This document shows positions 1-9,854 of a stretch of 64,000 nucleotides of DNA, piece by piece. The notes below the pieces were generated by a model that saw only the letters and a program-made list of their open reading frames with translations, was not told the origin of the DNA and did not search any database. The stretch is from assembly GCA_003251635.1 (NCBI GenBank), contig QKEW01000011.1, forward strand, positions 39,411 to 103,410. Reading direction: 5' to 3'. The position numbers and the translations under genes are program-made. Origin of the DNA: a bacterium. GTDB taxonomy: Bacteria; Patescibacteriota; Minisyncoccia; Moranbacterales; GWC2-37-73. Every line of letters begins with the position of its first letter. Position 1 is the stretch's first letter.

Positions 1-1
1 A

Positions 2-52
2 ACTGTAGTTAAGTTTCGTTTGGCTAAAGCGGCTAAAGACGCTGTTTTATAG
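2..52 (+). CDS. 3' end of an HU/IHF-family DNA-binding protein (truncated by window edge)
   Basis: Frame from nt 2 reads TVVKFRLAKAAKDAVL-stop, which matches the typical HU C-terminus (xxVKFRxxKxxKDAV). Confidence 0.75.
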   Translation, partial: TVVKFRLAKAAKDAVL

Positions 53-74
53 GCAAAACCTTTCAATATGTTTG

Positions 75-116
75 AAAAATCCCGTGTCGCCAATTGGCGG
101 ATTGCGGGATTTTTTG
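75..116 (+). terminator. Intrinsic terminator after the HU gene
   Basis: AAAAATCCCG (75-84) pairs with CGGGATTTTT (105-114), with an inner CGCCAATTGGCG palindrome and a T-run. Confidence 0.8.
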
Positions 117-182
117 TGTTTTGAAATTTTTTGCCAAAAAAGCGAAAGTATGCTAAATTTCCTCTGAAATTAACACAATCCC

Positions 183-752
183 ATGACAGTCGAAAGATTC
201 ATAAAATTGAAGAATAATCGCATTAAATACCACCTAAAAAGCAGTCCAAATTCAAGGCAGATGCGCTTGTCGGTTTCCAGGAGGGGATTTTTTGTTTTGA
301 CTGTTCCGCCAAAAGTGGATTATTTGACGGTGCGACGTTTTATTCTTTCTCAAACTGATTGGATTTTGGAGCGTTTCGATGCTTTGGTGAAAATTAATCA
401 GGGGAAGGCAGTTAGATGTTCCAGGCGAGACTATCTGAAAAACAAGGAATTGGCTCGAAGCTTCATTACGGCAAGGGTTGAATATTTCGCCAGGAAGCAC
501 CGATTCAGATATGGGAGGATCTCGATTCGCAATCAAAGAACTGTTTGGGGCAGCTGTAGTGAGGATGGTAATTTGAATTTCAACTATATTTTGCTTAAGA
601 TGCCTAAAGATATTGCTGATTATATTATTGTGCATGAGCTTTGTCACCTGCGTCATTTTGATCACGGTGAAAAGTTTTGGCAGACGGTCAAAGAAATTTT
701 ACCGGGATATGAAGGAATTCGACAAAAAGCCGACGAAATTATTTTCATGTAA
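183..752 (+). CDS. M48/YgjP-like (DUF45) zinc metallopeptidase-domain protein
   Basis: Motifs RNQRTVWGSCS, YIIVHELCHL (HExxH) and DHGEKFW are characteristic of YgjP/DUF45. Confidence 0.85.
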   Translation: MTVERFIKLKNNRIKYHLKSSPNSRQMRLSVSRRGFFVLTVPPKVDYLTVRRFILSQTDWILERFDALVKINQGKAVRCSRRDYLKNKELARSFITARVEYFARKHRFRYGRISIRNQRTVWGSCSEDGNLNFNYILLKMPKDIADYIIVHELCHLRHFDHGEKFWQTVKEILPGYEGIRQKADEIIFM

Positions 753-780
753 AGTGTGAAATATCTATATTGAGTTGTCT

Positions 781-1923
781 ATGAAGATTGCTATACAAGC
801 CGCCGATTTGGATGAAAATCGAATCGATGGCACTAGGGTTTATATCTTTAATCTCTTGAAAAGATTCGGACAAATTTCATCGGAAGATGAGTTTTGGATT
901 TATCATAAAAAAGATTTTAATCCGAGTTTAGCTGTTCCGAAATTGGAAAACTATCACTTGGTTCAGAAGAATTCTCCTTTTCTTTGGACCCAAAGTCGTT
1001 TTGCTTGGGAAGTTTATCAAAAGGAAATCGACTCCCTTTGGATGCCGATGCATGACTTACCGCTTTGGCGTCGAAAAGGCATGCGCACGGTGGTAACCAT
1101 TCATGATTTGGCTTTTAAAACTTTTCCGCAATATTTTCCCAAAAAAGATTTGGTTAAAATAAATAGTTTGACCAACTATGTCATTCCCAGGGCGGATGGA
1201 TTGATTGCGATTTCTGAGGTTACCAAGAGAAATATTTTGAAATTTTATCCTCAAATCAAGGAGAAGAAAATCAAGGTTATCCATCATGGTTTTGATGAGG
1301 GAATTTTTCAAAAAGAAATTTCCCAGGAGAAAATCTTGCAGGTTTTAACTGAGTTTGGACTGCAGGATTGTTTGGATAAAAAAAATAATTCCCGATTCAT
1401 TCTTTACGTTGGAGCGATTCAGCCTCGAAAGAATTTGGCGACCTTGTTGGAAGCTTTTGAAGAACTTCGGCAAAAAGAATCAGAATTAAAACTGGTAATT
1501 GCCGGGGCGTCAGCTTGGAACTATGAGTCGATTTTGCAAAAAATTGAAAACAGTCCTTTTCGAAAGGACATTGTGGTTACCGGAACGATTCCTTTTGATT
1601 ATTTACCGGTTTTTTATCAGAAAGCGAGCCTTTTTGTTTTTCCGGAAATTTCTCCAGGATTTGGAATCCCGCTTTTGGAAGCTTTTGCTTCAGGTGTTCC
1701 GGTTTTGGCAAATGATGATCCGGTACTTAGGGAAGTTGGAGGTGAAGCGGCTGAATATTTTTCGTCAAAAGATAGCTCGGAGCTTGCTGGGAAAATTAAA
1801 TCAATTTTAGAGCGAAAAGAAATTGCCCAGGATATGAAACAAAAAGGATTTTTGAGATGCCAAGATTTTTCTTGGGATGAATGTGCCAAAAAGACTCTGG
1901 CGTTTATAAAAAGTGGTTCCTGA
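781..1923 (+). CDS. Glycosyltransferase family 4 (GT-B)
   Basis: Motifs VVTIHDL, YVGAIQPRKN, GFGIPLLEA and FSWDECAKKT. ATG at 781. Confidence 0.9.
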   Translation: MKIAIQAADLDENRIDGTRVYIFNLLKRFGQISSEDEFWIYHKKDFNPSLAVPKLENYHLVQKNSPFLWTQSRFAWEVYQKEIDSLWMPMHDLPLWRRKGMRTVVTIHDLAFKTFPQYFPKKDLVKINSLTNYVIPRADGLIAISEVTKRNILKFYPQIKEKKIKVIHHGFDEGIFQKEISQEKILQVLTEFGLQDCLDKKNNSRFILYVGAIQPRKNLATLLEAFEELRQKESELKLVIAGASAWNYESILQKIENSPFRKDIVVTGTIPFDYLPVFYQKASLFVFPEISPGFGIPLLEAFASGVPVLANDDPVLREVGGEAAEYFSSKDSSELAGKIKSILERKEIAQDMKQKGFLRCQDFSWDECAKKTLAFIKSGS

Positions 1924-1927
1924 TGAT

Positions 1928-2329
1928 TTATTTTTCATCTAAGAAAATCAGATGATAAAAAACTAGAAAGAAAGTCACGCTTAGGGTGGTGATGATGATA
2001 TTTTGCCAGAGAGCAAATTTCAACAAAGACGTGCCAATTATCAAAAAGAAAAAAATTAAAATTAGCGGCATCAGATGGTGTCGATTTTTTTTGGTGAAAA
2101 CTGAATCAAGTTTGCGGCCCAGAGTTGAAATTCCAGCTACTGTGGCAAATATTAAAAATATTACTATTAGAAATCCGTTATTTTGTGAAACCATGGTTGG
2201 AAGAGCGGTTTCCAATAGCAAGCCGGCCAGAAAAAAAATAATCAAAGAAAGCAGGATATCGTGCAGAAGCTTGTATATCACGAGGGAGAATTGGTGGTTA
2301 TTGAATTTTTGTCGAATTTTTTTGATCAT
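1928..2329 (-). CDS. Hypothetical membrane protein (about 4 TM)
   Basis: 133 aa with four hydrophobic stretches; last gene of a tight minus-strand operon. Confidence 0.7.
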   Translation of the reverse strand: MIKKIRQKFNNHQFSLVIYKLLHDILLSLIIFFLAGLLLETALPTMVSQNNGFLIVIFLIFATVAGISTLGRKLDSVFTKKNRHHLMPLILIFFFLIIGTSLLKFALWQNIIITTLSVTFFLVFYHLIFLDEK

Positions 2330-2333
2330 AAAT

Positions 2334-3668
2334 TTATTGAAGGCTGTAGTTATTGAATACTCGATTTTTTAGAGCAGCTAGAGATTTGAGCAGATTTTCT
2401 TTGTTGGCTATCTGGGTAAATTCAATGTCCAGTTGATCCAATTGGATAGAATTTTCAATTGGAAATGAGAATTGGTAATCATTGCCAGTGAAATTCTCAA
2501 TTGGATTTATTGAGGCTTGGCAATGAAAAAATCCTAGTTCTCTGATATGGGAATGAATTTCACATTCAATGCTTTTTTCCAGACTTTCTTGCTGGACTGT
2601 GACTGGTGCTATGCGCAGATAACTGTCCAGAATTGTTTTATTGGGAATTTCATGTCGCTCCTTGTTTTTAATGTAATAATATTTTTGAGAATCTTGGGCG
2701 TAAAAAATTGTTCCATCGGGGTGAGGACTGTCAATTTTAAAGAGACTGGCTTTTTCATAAATTCCAATTTCTTCACTACTTGCTTGGAGGATTTCATCCC
2801 ATTGATAACCCATTGATTCAAACGTGACAGGATTGTTAACTGGAAGAACCTTGTTATCGCTGACGATATAAACCGATATTCCAGCCGCCAGTAAGGTTCC
2901 ATCAGCGAAACCCAGATAATCCTGGGAGATCGAATAATTTTTTAGGAAATCCGAATTTTTTTCAATAGCTTGATTGGAAGAATATTGAGTCAGATAGGCT
3001 TGTTCGCTAACGAATTTTTGCAAAGTTTCCGGTTTGGTTAGTTGATAGAATTCATCGTCGATCTTGAAAATGGAGCTTTGTGGATAGGGGGAATCGAGAG
3101 TTATTTCTTTGCCCAATGGATTCAAGCCTAGGGAGGCGGGATCAATCATTTGGAAGGCTTCCGGAAAAAAGCCCATTTGAATAGCTGTTTCTGGTGAGGA
3201 AAATTTTCGTAAAGCTCCGGCTGAAACCAGATAATAATCAGATTCATTTTTCAGTAAACTGCCATCCTTAAAGTCCAAAGATTCGCCCAGGGGATAAAAA
3301 AAGGCTTGAAAAGATTTTCTGATTTTGATTTCACCGCTGGGTTTATTGGCTGTTTTTGAGTTTAGGTTGAAATCTATTTTTATTTCAGAATAGTTGCCGG
3401 TCAAGGCGGTGTCGAAAAAAAGATTTCCATTTTTCAAAGTGAGGTTGGGTTGATTTATTTCCTGTTGATCGTCTAGGCGTACATTGGTGACGGAATTTTT
3501 ATTAGAGTTGGGACTTCCAAAAGAAAAAGTGAAACCGGCTAGGGGAAATAAAATTCTGTGTAAAATAATCCAAGCTATCAAAAAAGACAAGATCCAAATC
3601 AAAGCTCTCCAGAGCCAAAACTTTTTTTGCCAAGACTGATTTAATTTTATTTGCGTGCCGGCTTGCAT
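2334..3668 (-). CDS. Membrane-anchored exported protein with internal repeats
   Basis: One N-terminal TM. Repeats of a DGxL...YY/VY...R/P.....MG type at DGSLLK, DGTLLA and DGTIFY. Confidence 0.7.
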   Translation of the reverse strand: MQAGTQIKLNQSWQKKFWLWRALIWILSFLIAWIILHRILFPLAGFTFSFGSPNSNKNSVTNVRLDDQQEINQPNLTLKNGNLFFDTALTGNYSEIKIDFNLNSKTANKPSGEIKIRKSFQAFFYPLGESLDFKDGSLLKNESDYYLVSAGALRKFSSPETAIQMGFFPEAFQMIDPASLGLNPLGKEITLDSPYPQSSIFKIDDEFYQLTKPETLQKFVSEQAYLTQYSSNQAIEKNSDFLKNYSISQDYLGFADGTLLAAGISVYIVSDNKVLPVNNPVTFESMGYQWDEILQASSEEIGIYEKASLFKIDSPHPDGTIFYAQDSQKYYYIKNKERHEIPNKTILDSYLRIAPVTVQQESLEKSIECEIHSHIRELGFFHCQASINPIENFTGNDYQFSFPIENSIQLDQLDIEFTQIANKENLLKSLAALKNRVFNNYSLQ

Positions 3669-3672
3669 AATT

Positions 3673-5490
3673 TTATCGAGTTAATTTTAGGATATAGCCA
3701 CTTACCTTGATTAGTGATTTTTGAGGATAATCAATGATCGATGTTGAATTCTTGTTTGATGTTTCAGTAAGGCGAGTTGTTTTTAACGTGTATTTATCAG
3801 CGACGGTTAATTTTTCTCCCAGTGAAGTGTTTAGGTAATTGGAGATTTCTTTTTGACCGACCAGGATGTAGACATTTTCAAATTGATCCAAATCCAATTT
3901 GTCTAAATCGTTCGGGTTGAAAAAATAAACAGCATTAAGATTGAAAACAGAGTTTAGTGGTCCAGCCAACAAAGACCAACCATCTCCACTGGAAAGTCGG
4001 TCGACTAATATTAGGTCGTTTGAGGAGAATCGCTTAGCTAATTCTTGGGTTTGTTGAAGCAAATCCTCATTCTCACTGAAAAAAGCGAAGCGTAAAAAAG
4101 GCTTGAGATTAATGAAGATTATCAAGATAATTAATGCTACAGGAAGGAATAGCCAAAAATTTGAGCGGCGATTAGTGTCTATTTTTTTTGCAAGCAGATA
4201 TTTGAGAAAAACGGCGGAATAAAAAATTGATAACGGCAAGATTGAAAAAACAAAGCGACGTAGCATCCAAGGATGGTCAGAGGAAATACTTGAATTTACC
4301 AGATAGATCAATGAAGGACTGGCCAGAAAAAACGGAATTAGAAGTTGCCAATTTTTTTTGAAAAAAGCTGCAATTACTCCGAATAAGCCTAAAATCCAAA
4401 AACTTATTAGACCGTATAGGGTATATATTTGAATCATGCGAAATCCCGGAAAAAACAAATTTTTGGTGATGATTTTTCCATTACTGTTGATTTCAAAAAA
4501 AGAATTGAAAGTAGCTTTGAGGATTTCTTTGAAAAAAGCCCAGTCTTTTTGCAGGTAAAAAAGAAAAATGAAAAAAAGAGACAAAATTAAAATGTTTAGG
4601 AAGCGGATATTTTTTTGCAAAAATTGGCGACTTGTTGGATTAAAAAATAGGATAAGTCCTCCAGTTACTAAAAAGGCGAAGCCCTCGATGCGCGTGAAGG
4701 CCAGCAAACTGGCGGATAAGATGAGGGCTAGAAATTTTTTTCTGTCAGGTTTTTCACTTATCTCGACTAAATTTAAAATGTAAATCCAAAGCAAGGCTAA
4801 AGCTAAATTTTCACTGAGGGTGAATTTAAAAAACCAAATAAAAGAAAAAGAAGACAGGGTGAAGAGTGGCAAAATTAAAGCATAATTTTTTTTGAGCAGC
4901 TTTTTTCCTAGGAGATAGAAAGCACTTAAAAACAGAAAGAGCGCAGCGGCGTTGGCAATTATCAAACCGTTGATTCCAAAAAAACTGTAAAAAGCTGCCA
5001 GCCAGCTGATGTAGCCCAGGGGAAACTGAGTTGTCAGTTGCCCATCTTCGGTATAGTGAAAGCCTGGGAAATTCAGGGCTTTGCCCTCTCCATAGATTTT
5101 GAAAAATTCCACCGAAGCCGGATCGGAAAAGGTCAGCTGGTGATTTTTAGCCAGCTCAATGGCGGCAATGCTTAGTGATCCCTGGTCGCGACCAGTAAAA
5201 ATCGTGGCAGTGGTAAAAAAGGAAAAAATAAAAACGAATGCAAAAAAAGCAAGACTGATTGCTATGTATGCGGGTGAGATTTTAAAATTTAATTTTATTT
5301 TTTTTTGTTCAGGTATGATTCGGAAAGCAAAAAAAATCCCAGCCGACACCAAATAAAGAATCAGGACCCAGCTGTAAAAAAAATCCAACAAGGTTAAGAT
5401 TAAAGCCAGGAAACCAAAAACAACCCAAAATAGGGAAAAGTTCAAGAAAAAATCATAATTATTATTGGTTTGTTTGACTTTATTCATCAA
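3673..5490 (-). CDS. Polytopic membrane protein, probable GT-C-fold glycosyltransferase
   Basis: About 13 TM. Early loop GRDQGS, TLSENLA, TRIEG and HPWMLRRF, plus a soluble C-terminal domain. Confidence 0.6.
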   Translation of the reverse strand: MMNKVKQTNNNYDFFLNFSLFWVVFGFLALILTLLDFFYSWVLILYLVSAGIFFAFRIIPEQKKIKLNFKISPAYIAISLAFFAFVFIFSFFTTATIFTGRDQGSLSIAAIELAKNHQLTFSDPASVEFFKIYGEGKALNFPGFHYTEDGQLTTQFPLGYISWLAAFYSFFGINGLIIANAAALFLFLSAFYLLGKKLLKKNYALILPLFTLSSFSFIWFFKFTLSENLALALLWIYILNLVEISEKPDRKKFLALILSASLLAFTRIEGFAFLVTGGLILFFNPTSRQFLQKNIRFLNILILSLFFIFLFYLQKDWAFFKEILKATFNSFFEINSNGKIITKNLFFPGFRMIQIYTLYGLISFWILGLFGVIAAFFKKNWQLLIPFFLASPSLIYLVNSSISSDHPWMLRRFVFSILPLSIFYSAVFLKYLLAKKIDTNRRSNFWLFLPVALIILIIFINLKPFLRFAFFSENEDLLQQTQELAKRFSSNDLILVDRLSSGDGWSLLAGPLNSVFNLNAVYFFNPNDLDKLDLDQFENVYILVGQKEISNYLNTSLGEKLTVADKYTLKTTRLTETSNKNSTSIIDYPQKSLIKVSGYILKLTR

Positions 5491-5568
5491 AGCAATTGTA
5501 GCCTTTTTTAGCTAAGTTGCCAAGTTAAAAGGGATGTTTTAAAATGATAAAAAAGCTTCTTTGGGCTA

Positions 5569-8058
5569 ATGGCGGATGAAAAAACAAAAAGAAAAATAAT
5601 GAAAAAAAATCACGATCCTAATTTTTTTGCCTGGTACTATGAAAAAGGCTTGTTGGAATTTTTGGAAATTTGGAAAAATTTTTTGAAATTCAGCTGGCGT
5701 TTTTTTTCTGTAGGGGAATTAATCTTGACTTGGTTGTCACCTTGGAAGCGGGACATTAGTTTCAAAAATTGGCGCGGTTTTGATCCGCAAAAAACCATCA
5801 GTCTTTTCTTTGGCAATATCGTTTCTCGGTTTTTGGGGGCGATAGTGCGTTCGGCCGTCATCCTGGCAGGCCTATCTATTTTTTCAATTATTTGTCTAGT
5901 TGGCTTGGTTGGTTTAATTTTTTGGTTGATATTTCCATTACTGCTTGTTTGGACTTTATTCAAGGCTTTTGGCGGGTCATTTTTCTTTGTTGAGCTGTTA
6001 GGGTTATTGTTTGTCTATTTGGTTTTGGTGATTTGCGCTTATTATTTGAATTTACGCACTCCCTTTGGTCAGATGAATTTCCAGACTCTTTATTCGCGAC
6101 CGATTTTTGAAAGAATCTGTAACCGATTAGGTTTGGATAAAAAAGACTTATCCAAGAAAGTTCTGAAAAATTCCCAAAAATTGACGGAATTTCTGAAAAG
6201 TAAAAATCTTTCCATGGAGGATTTTGCTTTTTTGGTGAATTGGGAAACTGCGATCTTAGATGAAGAGCGTCTGAAAAAATCTTTTTGGCGCTGGGAAAAT
6301 CTTAGTCGATTGCCGGCTATTGGGGCTGGCTGGAAATATGCCTACACGGTCAAGTTGGATCGTTATTCTCGAGACATTTCCGTCTTTGATGGAAGCGAAT
6401 ATCGGGATCGGAAGTTGGTTGGCCGACAAGATGAAGTTGAGCTTTTGAAATTGATTTTGCAGCGACCCGACCAAAATTGCGCTTTGATAGTTGGCGGCAG
6501 TGGAATTGGAAAAAATACTTTGATCCATGATTTGGCTGCCCGAATTCGGCATAATCAATCTGAAAAATACTTTCTCAACAAAAGGATTTTGGAGTTAGAT
6601 CTGGGTCGGGTTATTTCAGATGCAATCAGTAGCGGCGAAGATTCTGAAAATGCGCTGAGAAATCTTTTTCTGGAAGCGGCTTACGCTGGCAATATCATTT
6701 TGATTATTGATCATTTGGAACAATTTTTGGGTAAAGAAGGAACCATGCTTCACCCAGACATTTCTCCGGTTCTGAATGAGTTTTTATCCCATCCTAATTT
6801 CCAAATCATTGCCACTTCGTCACCCAAAGAATATCATCGCTTGATTGAAAAATATGACCAAATTGCCAAATATTTTGAAGTGATTGAAATGCGCGAGCCT
6901 TCCGAGTCAGACATGTTGAAGATTCTATATAATAATTTCAAGCTCCAAGAAAGCGGTCGGGTCATTTTTACCCATGAAGCCTTCAAATCAATCATCAAAG
7001 AATCTAATCGCTACAATTGGTCATCTCCACTGCCAGAAAGAGCTTTAGATTTGGCTATGGACGTCTTAATGTTTTGGGAGAAAAAATCCGAGAAATATTT
7101 GATCGATCAAGAAGTTTTGGCGGACTTTCTTTCTTTGAAAACTGGCACGGCTCACGGTGAAATTAAAAATGAGGAAAGAAAAAAACTTCTGAATTTGGAG
7201 AAATTTTTACATCGACAGGTCATTGGTCAAGAAGAAGCAGTTAAGCAAGTAGCGGAAGCTCTGCGTCGCTCTCGCAGTGGAATTGCCAACAGTCAAAAAC
7301 CGGTAGGGACGTTCCTTTTTCTGGGACCAACCGGAGTGGGAAAGACTGAAACCGCTAAGGCTTTGGCCAAAATGTATTTTGGGGATGAGAATAAGATGAT
7401 CCGTTTTGATATGAGTGAATTTCAAACTCCTTCATCTATTGATCGGCTTTTAGGCTCATCCCAACTTAATCAGCCAGGGAGATTAACCAGTGAGGTCAAG
7501 GATAACCCCTATTCTTTGGTTTTATTGGATGAAATTGAAAAAGCCTACCCGGAAATTCTGGATGTTTTTTTGCAAATTTTGGATGAGGGTTTTGTGACTG
7601 ATGCTTTTGGAGAGAAAATCAATTTTCGCAACGTTTTGATTATTGCAACTTCCAATGTCGGAGCAGCCTTGATCAAGGAAAGTGTGGAAAAAAATGAGGA
7701 TCCGGAAAAGACCAAACAGCAGGTTATTGATTATGCTGTTTCCAATAATGTCTTTCGGGTGGAATTTTTGAATCGTTTTGATAGTGTGATTTTTTTCCGT
7801 CCGCTCAATGAGAAGGAATTGGAAAGTGTGGTGAAGCTGATGCTAAAAAAATTAGCTCGACGTTTGCAGGAAGAGAAAAATATTGAAATTGAATTCGGGG
7901 AAAATGTCGGGCACAAGATTATTGAAAAGGGTTACAATCCGATTTTTGGAGCTCGCTCAATTGATCATTATATTGAAGATTCAGTCGAAGACTTTCTGTC
8001 CAAAAAAATCATCGCCGGAGAAGTTGAAAAGGGTCAGAAAATTCGAATTGACTTGTGA
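5569..8058 (+). CDS. Clp/Hsp100 AAA+ ATPase with an N-terminal membrane domain
   Basis: Two AAA modules: GGSGIGKN, and FLGPTGVGKT / LLDEIEK / GARSI. Hydrophobic TM segments at about aa 90-160. Confidence 0.88.
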   Translation: MADEKTKRKIMKKNHDPNFFAWYYEKGLLEFLEIWKNFLKFSWRFFSVGELILTWLSPWKRDISFKNWRGFDPQKTISLFFGNIVSRFLGAIVRSAVILAGLSIFSIICLVGLVGLIFWLIFPLLLVWTLFKAFGGSFFFVELLGLLFVYLVLVICAYYLNLRTPFGQMNFQTLYSRPIFERICNRLGLDKKDLSKKVLKNSQKLTEFLKSKNLSMEDFAFLVNWETAILDEERLKKSFWRWENLSRLPAIGAGWKYAYTVKLDRYSRDISVFDGSEYRDRKLVGRQDEVELLKLILQRPDQNCALIVGGSGIGKNTLIHDLAARIRHNQSEKYFLNKRILELDLGRVISDAISSGEDSENALRNLFLEAAYAGNIILIIDHLEQFLGKEGTMLHPDISPVLNEFLSHPNFQIIATSSPKEYHRLIEKYDQIAKYFEVIEMREPSESDMLKILYNNFKLQESGRVIFTHEAFKSIIKESNRYNWSSPLPERALDLAMDVLMFWEKKSEKYLIDQEVLADFLSLKTGTAHGEIKNEERKKLLNLEKFLHRQVIGQEEAVKQVAEALRRSRSGIANSQKPVGTFLFLGPTGVGKTETAKALAKMYFGDENKMIRFDMSEFQTPSSIDRLLGSSQLNQPGRLTSEVKDNPYSLVLLDEIEKAYPEILDVFLQILDEGFVTDAFGEKINFRNVLIIATSNVGAALIKESVEKNEDPEKTKQQVIDYAVSNNVFRVEFLNRFDSVIFFRPLNEKELESVVKLMLKKLARRLQEEKNIEIEFGENVGHKIIEKGYNPIFGARSIDHYIEDSVEDFLSKKIIAGEVEKGQKIRIDL

Positions 8059-8153
8059 CGGTGCAAATAAATGATCGGATTTTCGTACTAGCCTCAGGCT
8101 TGTTCAAGTTTGAATTCTCTGGTAGGATTATCTGGTAATTGATAAAACTATTT

Positions 8154-9557
8154 ATGAAATCAGAAAAATTTTTTACACCCAAAAAAATAATAATTTTGGT
8201 GATTTTGGTCGCAATTTTCTTTGGCGGTTTTTATTTATTTTCCTATGCCAAAGAAAATAAAAAAACTATCGCTATCAGTTCTTTGGCGGTTTTGAAAAGT
8301 ATTTCCAAATTTTTACCAATCGAAAAGGATACTAAAAAAGAAATTGAAGCTCTCAATACTTTGGTTGAAAAGTTTACCGCCAAAGATGATCAGGAATATT
8401 CTTTCTTGCTTTTGCTGCAAAATAACATGGAGTTGCGACCGGGTGGCGGATTTTTGGGTCAATATGCGGTAATTAAAGTTAAGAATGGAGAAGTGGTTTC
8501 CAGTTTTTTCGAGGACGCTAACTTGCTCGATCAACGTATAACCGCCAGAGTTACTCCACCTTGGCCCCTTACTCAGTACATGCAAATTAAGAAATGGAAA
8601 TTTCGTGACTCTAATTTTTCACCAGATTTTCCGACTAATGTGGAGAAGGCTAAATATTTCTATCGTCTTAGTGGACGCTCCAGTGATGGTTTTGATGGGG
8701 TGATTGCGGTTAATGCCACGGTTCTTGATGATGTGTTGGCACTGACCGGTCCAGTCACGATTCCTGGTTACAATGTGACTTTAACCAAGGACAATGCAGT
8801 TCTAAAATTGGAGGAAATTGTGGAAAAAGCTTATTTGTTAAATGAAGACTTGGATACTCAAAATCGCAAAGCTATCATGAAAAGTTTGACTCCAGCCTTG
8901 ATTGAAAAACTTTTCTCTTTGGGTAACGTTACTAAATTGGCGGATTTTGCTCATGAACAAATCAGTAAAAAAAATATTATGATCAACTTTACTGACAGTC
9001 AGTTGCAAAGTTTGATTGAGGATGTGCATTGGGATGGTTCGGTGGCTCAAGATTGGGATGGGGATTATCTGATGGCGGTGGATGCTAATCTGGGCGCGTT
9101 TAAATCGGATTATTATGTTAAACGCTCTATTTCCTATGATGTTGATTTGACGCAGATTAAACCAGTAGCCACTTTGAAAATCACTTACAATCACACTGCT
9201 ACCTATGCTGATTGGCGCACCACTGATTATCATTCTTACTTGCGGGTTTATGTGCCGGAAGGTTCCAATTTGTTAGAACGTTACATGGTGGGTTATCCGA
9301 CCACTCAGACGGAATTGGGCAAAACCTATTTTGGTTTCAAGGTTGATGTTTTGATGAATCATCAATTGGAAACCATGATCAAATATGAACTCCCGGAAAA
9401 ATTTGCCCAACAAGATTATAAGCTTTTGGTTCAAAAACAATCCGGCTTGGATGATGTGCCGATTGAAATTCATGTCAAAACCAATGACGGGGAATTCAAT
9501 CACAGCGGAATTTTGGAAAAAGACTTGAAATTGGAATTTCAGACGGTTCAGGGGTAA
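8154..9557 (+). CDS. DUF4012-domain membrane-anchored protein
   Basis: Motifs LLLQNNMELRPGGGFLG, RDSNFSPDFP, DGVIAVN and YLRVYVPEGS; N-terminal TM. Confidence 0.85.
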   Translation: MKSEKFFTPKKIIILVILVAIFFGGFYLFSYAKENKKTIAISSLAVLKSISKFLPIEKDTKKEIEALNTLVEKFTAKDDQEYSFLLLLQNNMELRPGGGFLGQYAVIKVKNGEVVSSFFEDANLLDQRITARVTPPWPLTQYMQIKKWKFRDSNFSPDFPTNVEKAKYFYRLSGRSSDGFDGVIAVNATVLDDVLALTGPVTIPGYNVTLTKDNAVLKLEEIVEKAYLLNEDLDTQNRKAIMKSLTPALIEKLFSLGNVTKLADFAHEQISKKNIMINFTDSQLQSLIEDVHWDGSVAQDWDGDYLMAVDANLGAFKSDYYVKRSISYDVDLTQIKPVATLKITYNHTATYADWRTTDYHSYLRVYVPEGSNLLERYMVGYPTTQTELGKTYFGFKVDVLMNHQLETMIKYELPEKFAQQDYKLLVQKQSGLDDVPIEIHVKTNDGEFNHSGILEKDLKLEFQTVQG

Positions 9558-9599
9558 GTATTATTTCTTGAAATATTTTAAAAGATGAAAATTACTTTC

Positions 9600-9628
9600 A
9601 AAACGCCTCTTTTGGCGTTTTAATTTTT
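9600..9628 (+). terminator. Intrinsic terminator; marks the left edge of the accessory cassette
   Basis: AAAACGCC-tctttt-GGCGTTTT followed by a T-rich tail. Confidence 0.65.
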
Positions 9629-9854
9629 CTAATTTTGGTAAGGATTATAATACGTATTATTTTTGGAGAGGGATTTTTATTTGACTTGATGCGATTGGAG
9701 TTGGCTTTGCTTTTTTTCCTTATCTATGCAAGAATTTTGTTAGTTATAGGTAGGTCTTTGACAAATTCATATTATTTATTCATTTGTTTCTTGTTTTGCC
9801 CATGGTGGGTCAAAAGTAGGCAAATGAAAAAGACGAAAGAAAGGTTGGTGCTGC

